DNA of 64,000 nt from Octopus bimaculoides. Its lineage: Eukaryota. The translations under genes were made by a program, and so were the position numbers. The notes beneath the pieces are model-generated. The model was not told the origin of the DNA. It saw only the letters and a program-made list of their open reading frames with translations, and did not search any database. Shown in pieces: positions 39,628-51,298 of the stretch (position 1 is the first letter of the stretch; the number at the start of each line of letters is the position of its first letter). The DNA is taken from the NCBI RefSeq assembly GCF_001194135.2, contig NC_068982.1, positions 161,377,523 through 161,441,522 of the forward strand, written 5' to 3'.

Positions 39628-42600
39628 TATTGAGAGGAAGAAGAGCAGCACTCAGGAGATGCTGTTAAGTTAGTCAGCAAATTAAGTTTGAAAGGAAGAT
39701 GCAATCCTAGATACCCATAAAATAAATGGAGTAATCATCTATTGCTGAATTAGACTCTGCAGTTTTGTCTTATCTTAAAACTATTCATTGAGATGGAATG
39801 GGTAGTGGAAGGATGGTTCATAAAAGTTGTGAGATTTTAGTTTTCAATAGGAATCTATTTATATGATTCTCTTGGACTCACCAAATATCAAAACTATTGA
39901 ATATATTTCATAAGAATTCACTTTGATGGATTTTTCAGTGGAGTGAGGTATTTGTTATATATACAAAATATAATCATGGTAATTTCTTTTTTCTGTTATT
40001 ATATCAGAAAATAAAGAATCTGTACAATTATTAATTAGATAAAGTAGTTATAGACCATATGTAACCAAACTGCACTTCACTTTCTTTACTTTCTTTCAGT
40101 TGTTCACTTTCAGTGTAATTTGAGACAAACCAACATCACTATTTCCATATATTATTTACAGTTCTTCCCTATCAGACTTATTCTCTGTTGCTAGACGACC
40201 TAGTTACATAACATCTACAGACTTCTCATAAAATCAGTTTTAGACCAGGTGTGACTAACATTCTTCATGCAAAATAGGCTGCTGAAGTTTTTTTATCATA
40301 ATTCATATTGATTGCTTTTGAGCGCCTTAATAGAAATAAAAGTTTGATATTTATCTTATTTTATCTTCCAGGGTATTTAAAATAGATTTGCCAGAAAAAT
40401 TATATGAAGTAAATGTATATCTAAATATGATGTACATGTATATTTTAGAAATGCCATGTGACTTTGGTAATGAAATGTGTATTTAACACTCAGGCATGTG
40501 TAAAATGTTGTCATTGTCATATATCTGAAGGATACATGTCAGTTTTAAGCAAGTTTGCTTACCCCTTAGGTTCACTTATCATAAACAAAAAAATCTCAAT
40601 GGAAACCAAATGTTGAAATATAGTCATTGATAGTTGTTCCAAGATGGTGTCTTTGTATTTCTGAATACTCTTGGATGTTTTGCTGTGTTTTCACATGGTT
40701 TGAAGTTTTTTTTTCAAGTTCAACACCATTTTCATATCCTCAGTATAATATAGTTTAAGTTAGCTGTATGCATGTGTAAAGACAGATGAAAAATTTATTG
40801 GCTTGAACAGATTGTTAGAGTAGGAAGGAAATGAGTGAAACAGCTATATAACCATATAACCATTTTTGACTGTTCCTCGATGTTTTATCATTGCTTGTTG
40901 TATTGTTATTCGCTGCTTTGTTTGTAGATTTGCCCCTCTTTGCCTCCCAACTCCACCAGTTTTCTTATTTTACCATGAACACTAACTTAGAAAGTCTTCT
41001 GACTTTCTTTCATTTATTTTGTATGTGATGTAAGCTGACACTACTATTGACACAACCAGGTTCCCTACTTACACCCTTTATATTTTCTTTACAGTTCTTC
41101 CTACCAGAATTCTTCTCTTGCTAGACAGGCATAGTTACATAACTTCTAAGGTCTAGATGTTTTCAGCGTTATATCAACCAATTTTTTTCTTTTTTTTTTC
41201 TTTTTTTTTTTTTCCATCTATCTTTCTTCTCTTTGGCAATTCATGATAACATCTAGTATGCTTGAAATACAAAAATGTAAAAGAAGATAAATGTGAAGTA
41301 GATGTTTATTATAGTTTATTTATCTAACCTGATTGTAGCCTTAATGTTGTTTAAATAGGTTTCTTTCTTGAATTAGAATTCTATATGTTCAAACTGAAAG
41401 TCATAATTGTACAAACAGTACTTTAAGTAAAACCATTTAAAGTCATCTTGTCTAGTATTTTATTTCACTAGAAAAAAACAAAACAAAAAAAAAATTGAAT
41501 GTGCTATTATACATTTTGACAATGCTGCCTATTTTCAGAGCTTGTTTTTCATTATTGAGAATGGAGCTGGGCATTAAGAACCTTGGAAAGTGAGCTTAAA
41601 TCAGTATGGGTGACTTGATGAAGTGATTGCTTAACATAATTAACATAAAAGCTAAATCTCCTTCAACTCTTGCCCCACCATCATCTTTAAAAATGAAAGG
41701 CATTGGATAATGTTGTTAGATAACGAATGTCTGCGAAAACGACAATTATGAGTGGAATCTTTTGACCGCAAGTCTGTTCACTCAGGATGCTTATCCTGGA
41801 ATTTAACATCAACATCAGTCTCTTTGGTATCAGTATATCTCATAAGACCACAGATCTGCTCCTGGAAAATCTCTGTTGGTAAAGCACAGTGATTGTCCTC
41901 TTTGAGGTGGGCAAAGTCCTAGCTGGTTTCAACTCTACACCGAAATTGTCCATGGAAAGGGTAAGGGTTAATACATTTTGGCATCAATATTACAGGAGTT
42001 GCCAGGATGAAGATGATGGACTGTCTTAAGGATCCCAGCTTTTGATTTGTTGTTGATTAAATGTCAATACGGATATATTTTATAATGAACAAACATGATG
42101 CATACTATGCAAAAAGCATTTTGGATTGGTGGTAAAAAGTTCTTGGAGCAAAGATAGACCAAGGAAAGTGGAATACAAGTTCATCAGGGTTGTGATGATG
42201 CAGAAATAAGGTAACTTAAAGAAATAGTAAAACACATAATTGTCCAGATTGAAATTATAATAATATTTGTCAGGGAGCCACCTAATGGTCATTTGACCTG
42301 CTAGAAATAACTGTTAAATCTTTCCTCTTAAAGAGTGAAAGATACATTAGGTAATGTAGTTCTTGAAGCTTTCTCTCTCTTCTACTTTCCTTGTCCTACT
42401 GGGGTGGCCTGTATCTCCTCTTTAGTAAAGACAACTATTTCTCCATTTATTATACTCTAACCTCTCGCCTGGCACACAGCCATTTCCCTCAGTTATACTC
42501 CCTCTCTCAACTAAGAGGTCTTTGTCTTGCAAGTTACCTGGTGACCCTGTTAGTATTGGTGCCACATAAAAAGCACTTGTGCCTATGTCACATAAAAAGC

Positions 42601-43013
42601 ACCCAGTATACTCTGTAAAGTGATTGATATTAGGAAGGGTATCCATGTCAAAACAGATAATTGGAGCCTGGTGCAGCTCTCCAGCTTGCCAGCCCTGGTC
42701 AAACTGTCCAACCCATGCCAGCATGGCAAGCAGACATTAAATGATGATGATAAGAAGAAGACAGGATGGCCAAGACTGAAATGCTTTTGATCAACAGTGT
42801 GCTCAGTTAATTCTGACCTCAGGTTAAACAACAGCAACAAATTTAAAGAAAGTGAGAAACTTGCAGCAACCTGAATTCACAAACACAGCTGGGAAGAGAA
42901 CAGTGATATTTTCTTCCCTGCTATGTTTGTAAATTTAGCTTTGCTGAATGCTTCTCGCTTTCTCTAAATCTATGATTGTAAATAAACATTGAATGATATT
43001 TCTTCTATTTCAG

Positions 43014-43200
43014 ATAAATACCCACTGTCTTCAAACCCCACAGCATGTGCATGGCAACCAGGTGAGAAACATAAAGTTGCTGTGGGAGATGAGGATGGTC
43101 GTATCATAGTTAAAGATGTTCGTAAACTACAAGACATGCCAGTTTCTTCATATAAACCTCATTACCGACCAGTACATAGATTGCAGTTTTCACCTCAAAA
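43014..43200 (+). CDS. WDR77: WDR77/MEP50-like internal exon
   Basis: TTTCAG acceptor and GTAAGT donor at 43201. Encodes DKYPLSSNPTACAWQPGEKHKVAVGDEDGRIIVKDVRKLQDMPVSSYKPHYRPVHRLQFSPQ (cf. human [21 protein letters not shown]). 187 nt, phase 1 to 2; overlaps track ORF 42989..43204. Confidence 0.92.
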
Positions 43201-43247
43201 GTAAGTATCAGCCATAGTACTTTTTTTTAAAAAAACATAAACAAACA

Positions 43248-43420
43248 GGCACAGTCGTGGCTGTGTGGTAAGAAGCTTCCTTCCCAGCCACATGTTTTGG
43301 GGTTCAGTCCCACTGCATGGCACCTTGGGCAAATTTCTTTTGCTATGGCCTCGGGCCAACGAAAGCCTTGTCTGTGGATTTGGTAGATGGAAACTGAAAG
43401 AAACCCATCACATATCTATG

Positions 43421-43485
<65 letters not shown>

Positions 43486-43686
43486 TTGTGGCTGTGTTTG
43501 TTCCCCACTATTTGACAACCAGTATTGGTGTCTTTACGTCCCCGTAACTTAGCAGTTCAGCAAAAGCAACTAATAGAATAAGTACAGGCTATAAAAATAA
43601 GTACTGGGGTCGATACATTGAACTAAAAATTCTTCTAGGCAGTGCCCTAGCATGACCACAGTCTAATGGCTGAAACAAAAGATAAA
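43248..43686 (+). mobile_element. Family-A SINE with expanded internal (TA)n(TG)n
   Basis: Same head, body and tail as the 39240 copy; internal TA/TG tract expanded at ~43418-43490; lies about 47 nt downstream of the donor at 43201. Confidence 0.85.
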
Positions 43687-44182
43687 CAAAACTACTATCC
43701 TATCTGTAATAATAAATGCCAGTTTCTGTCACATACAGCTGATACATTAAGACCCTGGAGGCCCAAAAATCCTTTTGGTCTCCAAGTGATATAGGATTAC
43801 ACTCAGAAATTCTCCAATGAACCAATACCAGTAAGCATTTCATCCACTCTCTGCAGACATAACTGAAATGACTTGTAGTGTGCATGTCTGATCTCTTGTC
43901 TTCCCATAGGATATTTCACAACCGGCTACATTATGATATTATTGCCTGGCAGGAGGAGCGAGAAATAGTTCAATGATCAGTTGAAAACCTATTTAAAAAA
44001 AGAACATCAACCCTTCAGGAGTAGAAGACATTGCTACCTGCTGTTTGTTGACATTGGTAACATTATTACTGGGGAGGGATTGAAGAAAATGGTGTCTATA
44101 TTTGTATGTTGTGTGTGTGAGAGAGAGAGAGAGAGAGTAAATTTCATTTTTCCAAACCTAATATTTTACTTTTCTTTTCCAG

Positions 44183-44260
44183 CTCTAACATAATTGCTTC
44201 TATATCAGAAGATTGCAGTCTAGTTGTTGGTTATGTTGCTGAAAATTCCATTTGTCAGAT
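44183..44260 (+). CDS. WDR77: WDR77/MEP50-like internal exon (missed by ORF track)
   Basis: TTTTCTTTTCCAG acceptor and GTAAGT donor at 44261. Reads (N)SNIIASISEDCSLVVGYVAENSICQ(I), matching the recalled human LASLSEDCSLAV. 78 nt, phase 2 to 2. Confidence 0.92.
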
Positions 44261-45529
44261 GTAAGTATAATACGAGACAACAATCCTGGTTGTGATTAGC
44301 CTGAAGGTCTATTCCATTTGAGGATAATCCTTTCAATGAGGATTTGTAAATTATTATTCTTAGCAGATTATATTTATGTGCAGCAGTGACACTTTTCATT
44401 GTCAGTATAGTGTAAATCTGGTTTTCTGTGTTTAATGTCAACTATATACTGACACACATATCCACCTATCCTCCAACAGTAAATCTGCAATACTATTTAA
44501 AAAAAAAAATTCCATTAATCTCCCTGGATTACTTCAGAATTTTCAAGAGGATAGAGATAAAATGTGACTCATTTACTTCTGTGGTTAATAACTTATTTAA
44601 TAAATTGATGCTGAGTATTTAAGTGTGGTAGTGTCTCACAGTAAATTACTATCATGTTATTTACTGAAGCTGTAATTAATGAAAAAAAAAGAAAATCCTG
44701 ATGAAGTCAGTCTGTTCTTTGAAAGTAACTGAAGGATATATAGAGAAGTCAGTAGTCAGTACATGCTAGGATGGGACTGGATAAGATGTAATTGATAGAC
44801 CTTTCTGTAGGCTACTCATTGTTAAATGCAAATGAATGGTTCTTGGGAGCTATTCACACTGTAAATTAGATCAGTATTGGTAGTAAATTCATTGAAGAAT
44901 TTAATGTACAGCTAGGTGTTCACCAGGACGATGTTTGCTAATCCTTTCCATCTTCAAATAAACAAAAGAATGTCCAATTAGTCATCCTTGGAAATGTTTA
45001 TGTACTGACAGCCTAGTCTGTAATCTACCAAAGGTCCCAGTAGTGTTTGGACTCTAATGATGCAATTTCTATATGTATGTGTTCATTTACCAATGAACAT
45101 GTGCATATAGAAATGTCTGGGCTGAGTGGAAGAGAGAATATTCTTGGAATGTATCAGTCATATTCTGGGGTATGTGGGGTGGGGTGCATGCTGTTAAGAA
45201 GTTTATTCCCAACCACGTGGTTTTCAGTTCAGTTTCATTACATGGCACTTTTGGCAAGTGTCTTCTACTCTAGCCCCAGGTTAACCAAAGCTTATGGGGA
45301 GAATTTGGTAGACAATAACTGAAATAAGCCTTTGTGTGTGTGTGTGTGTGTGCCTATTTGAGCCTGTGTTTGTTCACACAGTTACACACTACAAAAGTTG
45401 CAGGCTGCAAACAGTGTTATTGTTACTTCTGCCAACACATTGACCATTGACTTCACACATTTGAAAACATGTAAAATAAGAGATCCTTTACTTTGATAAA
45501 AGGTTAGTGACAGTAAAGGTGTCAGGCTG

Positions 45530-46430
45530 TAAAAACAATGCCTCAGTAATATACTCATCTAACAAACAAAACGTGGTTGTCTTTGGAGGTGATTGGGCGT
45601 GTAGTGGCAGGGGCTCTTGAGATTGTATTTTCCTGCAGTAACAACTGTACTCCTTCATTTGTCCAAGTAGTCTTTCATTCTTAGCATTTTCGTTCTGTAT
45701 GGAACTTGTGGTGATATGAAGTGCACCATCTTGTATTCTTTCTTATTTGTTGTGATGTACTGACAGAATATGGTGCCTGAGTATGCTGAGTATGTTTGTT
45801 TGTCTTTTTGTTTTCTTTATTACAAACTACCATAAATGTTGCTAAGGTGTTGTAAGGAACTCTTTGTATTTTCTCTTCTGTATGTGTGGTATGTTTTATG
45901 CTGTTGAATTGGTTGTATTTTAGGTTCTGGTGATGTTGATAAAATAGCTAAGCCTTTTGGTTGGTACTACTAATATTCTTTTGTCTTGGAGTCAGATTTC
46001 TTGGTGGTTGATGTAGGAATGGAGAAGTTGGGCAGGTGTCTACTAGGAGTGGTGAGAAAATGAGAGAATGTTACAGATTGCATAAGGCTGTGTGCATGTT
46101 TTGAGACTGTTTGAGAAAATTGTGTAAGTACTAATTAAAAAGAATGGTTATGAAAACAGATCTTTGTGGTATTCTAAAAAAAATTGCAGATTCTAGGTGT
46201 GTCAGCCCCACAAGTAGTTTGAGAGCTAGCATTTTGTGTTTTTTCGGGTATTGAGTATTTCCTGGAAATAGGTAGCAAAGTATAGAATCAAAAGTTTTAC
46301 ATATATCAGTGATAGTTACAATAATGTGGTTTGGGAAGTGGCAGAGAGATGCAAAATAGAAATTGATGTAAAAGGAGATAACTTGGTTAGATATAAATAT
46401 TGCAAGGTATTTCTGTTCAAATGTACTGGT
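45530..46430 (-). pseudogene. Possible highly decayed Penelope-like element relic
   Basis: Weak minus-strand peptides (PRQKNI.., YHHKFHTERK.., FCLLDE) loosely resemble Penelope linker and GIY-YIG region motifs; many stops; not secure. Confidence 0.25.
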
Positions 46431-46455
46431 TTTTGTTTACTCTCAGTTGACTTAA

Positions 46456-46659
46456 CCCTTTAACATTCGGATTATTCTGTCAAATGTAATGTTTATCTAT
46501 TCACATTGTTTTGAATTAATCATGCATTGTCTTGTTCAATATTTCAATGATGTGATTGGTTATTCTTAGAATTGGACTGTTAGTTAAGTGTAAGAGACCT
46601 GATCTCACCAGTTTGAGCATAAAAATAAGAATATTTTTGCCAGTGTAAATATTAAAGGG
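46456..46659. mobile_element. piggyBac-like MITE, same family
   Basis: TTAA at 46452-55 and 46660-63. TIRs CCCTTTAACATT / AATATTAAAGGG (11/12 match). Confidence 0.8.
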
Positions 46660-46669
46660 TTAAACAAGG

Positions 46670-46822
46670 CAGACCGTTTCAGTCTACCAAATTTCGCTTT
46701 CAAAGCATTGGTCAATTTAGAGTTATGGGAGAAAACACTTGCTCATGATGCCATGCATGGGATTAAAACCTGGACTATATGGTTGCAAAGCAACGTTCTT
46801 AACCACACAGCTATGCCTGTGT
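46670..46822 (-). mobile_element. Family-A-related SINE, minus strand (similar - copies at ~1220-1350, ~34690-34820, ~54930-55075)
   Basis: Reverse complement of the family-A head (..CTTAACCACACAGC) and body (..CAGTCTACCAAAT). Confidence 0.65.
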
Positions 46823-48346
46823 AATGTGTGTGTGTGTGTGGTCGGTCAGTCTGGATCCTTATGCTTCAAATAGTGGGATTGTACAGGTTGCTGTTAGTTC
46901 TTTCTGTTGCTTTTATTGTTCTTACTTTCTGAGATGATCCTCATAGACAATTGAACTTGTGATTCACGGCATTCACAAAATGTTAAGTATTCACTTAACT
47001 AATTCACTTTCTATACCCTAACTTGAGAGAGAGGAAGAGATTTTGAGGAGGTGATTGTGGTAATCTCCAATAAGATCTTGATGTTACAACAAGGAATGGA
47101 GATGTTTGATTTTTATCTTCTTGCAATATGGCTAGATATTACATCTCTCATCTTGTCAAAGAAGACAGTGATTCTCCATATTAACCTTCTAAAGCTGTAT
47201 ACTTAAAAAGTTTGCTTCACAACCTTTAGTCCCACTCTGTAGTAACCATAGCATGTGGTCAATTCAAGCTTTGCAAGTGAAACTAAAACTATGTGACAGC
47301 ACAGTTTTCTCCGTGGTAAACCTAATCTACCTGGTTTAACACACCATCACCACTACCGTCACTCTGCCCCTGGTGGTTTTAGTAGGGTCTACTTTGTTGC
47401 AAGCATTAGGACCATGTCTCTAATCAACTATTTTAATACTTTCCTGAGCTACAACAATCCATCAGTCATAGTTTCTTCTTTTTGTTTCTTCATGCCAGTT
47501 TTGGACACATTGCAAAAGTTCAAAAACATCAACATTCCTTGGCAAGTAACTGTGATTAAAAAAAAAAAAATTATCAGAATACAAAACTAATTGGAAAAAT
47601 CCTGCTGAACTATTGATAGATTTAATTATAATATATTTGTAGTTTAGCATTCTAGTCCCTCATTAGTGTATTTACCTGCTTGAAACTCACTTGGATGGAT
47701 GAAACCCCCACCCACCCAAGTAAAATATTAGGTAATTATGAATCCTCTCTGCTCCCCTCATACTTTATCTTTCACCACCTTGTTTTAAGCATCCTATCTT
47801 CTTGCATATTTGAAAGGTCTCTCTAGTCTTGCAAGGTACATGGCAACTTCATTAGTGTTGGGGCCACATAAAAAGCATCTAGTACCCTCTGTAAAGTGGT
47901 TACCCTTAAAAAGGGTATCCAGCTGTAGAAATCATGCTGAAACTATAACACTGGAGCAAGACTTGCTACTCTCTGATCCCTTGTTTCCTATTAAAACAAC
48001 CAATCTGCAACTAGCATGGCAAGCAAATGTAAAATGATAATGATTAAGTTTCTGGTTAGTAATGATAAACAAATGTTTTGGTTTGTAGCTAAATGTTATT
48101 GTTGGGAACAGACATTACTATGTGGTCTGAAATATTTTCATACATTGTGGTAACTATTTATATAGTTGTTCATTAAGAAGTTGGTGATTTGCCAAATAAC
48201 TTAAAAGGAAAAGTAATTTACATTGCTTCCAGCATTTTTCTGAAAGGATTTTAATGATGAAAAAAAGTCTTCGAATAGTTTTATTAAATATTAATAAATT
48301 TGAATAGTTTTATTAAATATTGATAATTTTTTTTTTTTTATTTCAG

Positions 48347-48599
48347 CTTCAAAAATACTTCACATCAAGATTTTGTGCAAGGTCTGTCTTGGAGTTGCGG
48401 TACAGAAATTTTTACATGCGGTTGGGATTCACTGGTATTAACTCATGATCTTAGTAAACTAAAGGAATTACAACAGATTAGTACTCTGAAAGTAGAAGTG
48501 AATGGAAATAATCAATTGAAAACTGAACGGTTTGAGAAAACTGAATGTTGTGAAGAAAAAATCTCTGTTTTAGCTCCAAATGCCATTGAAGCTAATTAG
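48347..48599 (+). CDS. WDR77: WDR77/MEP50-like terminal coding exon
   Basis: T-tract + CAG acceptor. Reads FKNTSHQDFVQGLSWSCGTEIFTCGWDSLVLTHDL...IEAN* (cf. human HRDFVRDATWSP...TTVGWDHQVVHH). TAG ends at 48599; in frame with track ORF 48375..48599. Confidence 0.92.
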
Positions 48600-49031
48600 A
48601 ACAAAATCTATGGAGCACACAGTGTAAGAGAAGATAATCAGAGCAGGCAGAACAATAGAGTTCGGCAGTTATTAACAGACAGAACTACTAGCTCATAAGT
48701 ATTAGCTGGTCTCATTACGAACGATCTCTACACATCAATGAAAGGGAACACAAATCTTTTCCCTTCCCATTTATGTAAATCAACCTAGTACCAATGAGCA
48801 CAGGTCCAGTCCAGTCCTCGGCTTATTACTTTTATGAAAACTGATAAACTTGGGATAAACATGTCTCTGTCTTTTTATTTCCTCTACTAATCTGCACATT
48901 TTATATTTCCATTTCAGTTTTAATACCTTTTGGTTATATAAAAAAAAAGTGTAATATTATACTGCCTCTCAATGTTGGTTTGTGTGAATACTCCAGATTT
49001 TGCTTCTTTCTAACGAAATATGGAGCTGGGA

Positions 49032-49151
49032 AATAAAAATTCACATATCACATTTTATTTATTGGTATTTTCTTTATTTTTTCATAAATATTGTTTAAAC
49101 TTAAGTATTACTCCAGTAAGGCCAGAGCCATAGTGGTTTGGTTCAAATAAA
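49032..49151 (+). terminator. Candidate polyadenylation signals for WDR77
   Basis: AATAAA at 49032-37 and 49146-51, about 430-550 nt past the stop codon, in AT-rich sequence. Usage cannot be shown from DNA alone. Confidence 0.35.
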
Positions 49152-49392
49152 GTTAAATGCATGTAGTCAAGAAAACACTAATGAAACAGACATATTAAAG
49201 ATGTATTCAGACAGTAGAGCTAAATTTATAATATCAAATATGGCTTCTTTTTCTTGAAGATGGTTGTCTGGTTTGAGATTTGGCTGCTGTTTCTAACAGG
49301 TTAAGTGACTATGAAGAAACTCTCTCATTGGCTTGTATGTATTATAGTTTCGCTTTTAAAAACATTTACAGATTAGTCTGTTTGATTCTTAA

Positions 49393-49630
49393 CCCTTTAG
49401 CATTCACATAATTCTGTCAACAAAAGTAATGCTTATTTATTTACATTGTTTTGAATTATGCATTATTTTGTAACTTTGAGAGTTTGTATGCAGTAACTTG
49501 ATTTTTAGAATGATAATGTAGGGTTGGTGTGAGAAGCCAGATCTGACCAGTTGATTTATAATTTCCATTAATTATCCTACTGCCTTGTGTGTGTCTAGAG
49601 GACTCTCATACCATTTTGATATTTAAAGGG
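49393..49630. mobile_element. piggyBac-like MITE, same family
   Basis: TTAA-CCCTTTAGCATT left end; right end TTTAAAGGG followed by degenerate TAAA; internal similarity to the 9166 copy. Confidence 0.65.
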
Positions 49631-50099
49631 TAAATTCTGCTTAAAAACCGTTTATTTTTCTTACACATTTTATATTGCAGTTGGGAAACCATAGTGTTAT
49701 TGGTAACAGATTTTCCAACAGAGCAACTATCACAACGGAATTTATTTGAAAACACTAGTTTTTTGTAGTTTACCCAATATTTATAGTCTTCAGTAATATA
49801 CGTTGGTAAAAGGCCAGCATGATTTCATCCATGCCATCATTATCTGTCCATTTTCAGCTAGCATATGTTTCACAAGTCTTATCTAGTGCACACACACCTG
49901 CATGGCTGTGTGATTGCAGAGTTCACTTTATAACAACATGGTTCACGTTCCATTACACTGCATGTTACTATTGAGCAAGGCTACTATAGCCTTGGGCTAA
50001 CTAGTATTTTGTGACTGTACTTGGCAGGTGGAAACTGTATGGGAGTCTGCCATATAATGTATGACTTTGTGTTTACATGCATGCACGTCTTTACATTGA

Positions 50100-50932
50100 C
50101 ACCATTTGGACAATGGTGATATGTTTACATTTTCCATTGACAATACATCTTGTAACTCAGCTGCATGAGTTCATATGTGATTGATCCCCTGTTGGAGACT
50201 GTTAAGTAAATATTCTTTGGGACCTTGATTTTAGGCACATTTTTCAAACCTTTAAGGATAATCATTGTTTTCGGCATCTTTTCTGCAGCATTAACACACA
50301 ACACAGCAGTAAAGCGAGCTTTGGTAGCACCACAGTGGCTAGCAGCTACATTTTTATTGCCAACAAAGTCTATGGTTGTTGAACACATGTCAATGTATAC
50401 AGGTGTTTCATCTTTATCTGCTGTTAATACTAGAATGCTATCTAGATAGTCACTGGCGATTTGTGCCTTTTCTCCAAGTGTTTTATTGTCTGCTTGACCA
50501 ACATGTGTAATCTTTCTCACTGTCAGTTTATTCTGTTTCGTGAAATTGAAAATCCATTTATCAGAACATCTAAAGCTGTTCATTTCAATTCCGAGCCTTT
50601 TTACCAATTCTAAAGTATATTCCCGTAAAGGGCGATAATTTACAATTATATTGTTTGCACGCTGAACAACAATCCAGTGTAAGAGTTCAATCTCTAGATT
50701 TCTATGTGCTGGTCGTCTTCCTCCACCAATTGATCTGTTCCTCCTCTTGTCTGACATTGATTAACTCAGTTTCTTTTGTGCATCATTCTCTCAATCATTT
50801 TCTATCAATACCTAAGTCTCTTGACGCAGCAGATAAATTGCCAGAATGTTTTTTCACTCATTTAATAGCACTCAATTTTTCATTAATGGTATATGATCGT
50901 TGAATACGTTTTGATTTTCTTTCGACTCCATT
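50100..50932 (-). pseudogene. pogo-type transposase fossil (Brinker-like DBD + Tc5/CENP-B HTH + start of DDE_1)
   Basis: Track ORF 50125..50757 has a CENP-B/Tc5-like HTH (LEIELLHWI...FRCSDKWIFNF), DETPV and RFTAVLCVNA. An upstream frame reads RSYTINEKLSAIK*VKKHSGNLSAASRDLGIDRK*LRE*. No TIRs identified. Confidence 0.8.
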
Positions 50933-50935
50933 ATT

Positions 50936-51298
50936 GGGAGTGGCTGTGTAGTAAGTAGCTTGCTTACCAACCACATGGTTCCGGGTTCAGTCCCACTGCA
51001 TGGCACCTTGGGCAAGTGTCTTCTACTATAGCCTCGGGCCAACCAAAGCCTTGTGAGTGGATTTGGTAGACGGAAACTGAAAGAAGCCCGTCGTATATAT
51101 GTGTCTGTGTTTGTCCCCCCAACATCGCTTGACAACCGATGCTGGTGTGTTTACGTCCCCGTAACTTAGCGGTTCAGCAAAAGAGACCGATAGAATAAGT
51201 ACTAGGCTTACAAAGAATAAGTCCTGGGGTCGATTTGCTCAACTAAAGGCAGTGCTCCAGCATGGCCGCAGTCAAATGACTGAAACAAGTAAAAGAGT
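50936..51298 (+). mobile_element. Family-A SINE, young copy, at the 5' end of the pogo ORF
   Basis: Near identical to the 39240 copy and retains many CpGs. Confidence 0.88.

Noticed and set aside
43895-43980. Strong-looking acceptor TCTCTTGTCTTCCCATAG|G in the short intron
   Set aside because: No nearby consensus donor and no WD-like peptide; the exons at 43200 and 44183 already join in frame with the expected sequence.
44695-44740. Possible hammerhead ribozyme core CTGATGA...GAAA
   Set aside because: Stem II is weak and the cleavage triplet would end in G, which violates NUH. Similar partial cores at ~32762, ~35883 and ~59828 lack a properly placed GAAA or stems.
50872-51135. Recurrent ORFs such as MSSDVGGTNTDTY.. 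and ..EAIVEDTCPRCH.. (39273, 50872, 55950)
   Set aside because: Antisense translations of the family-A SINE, not protein-coding genes.
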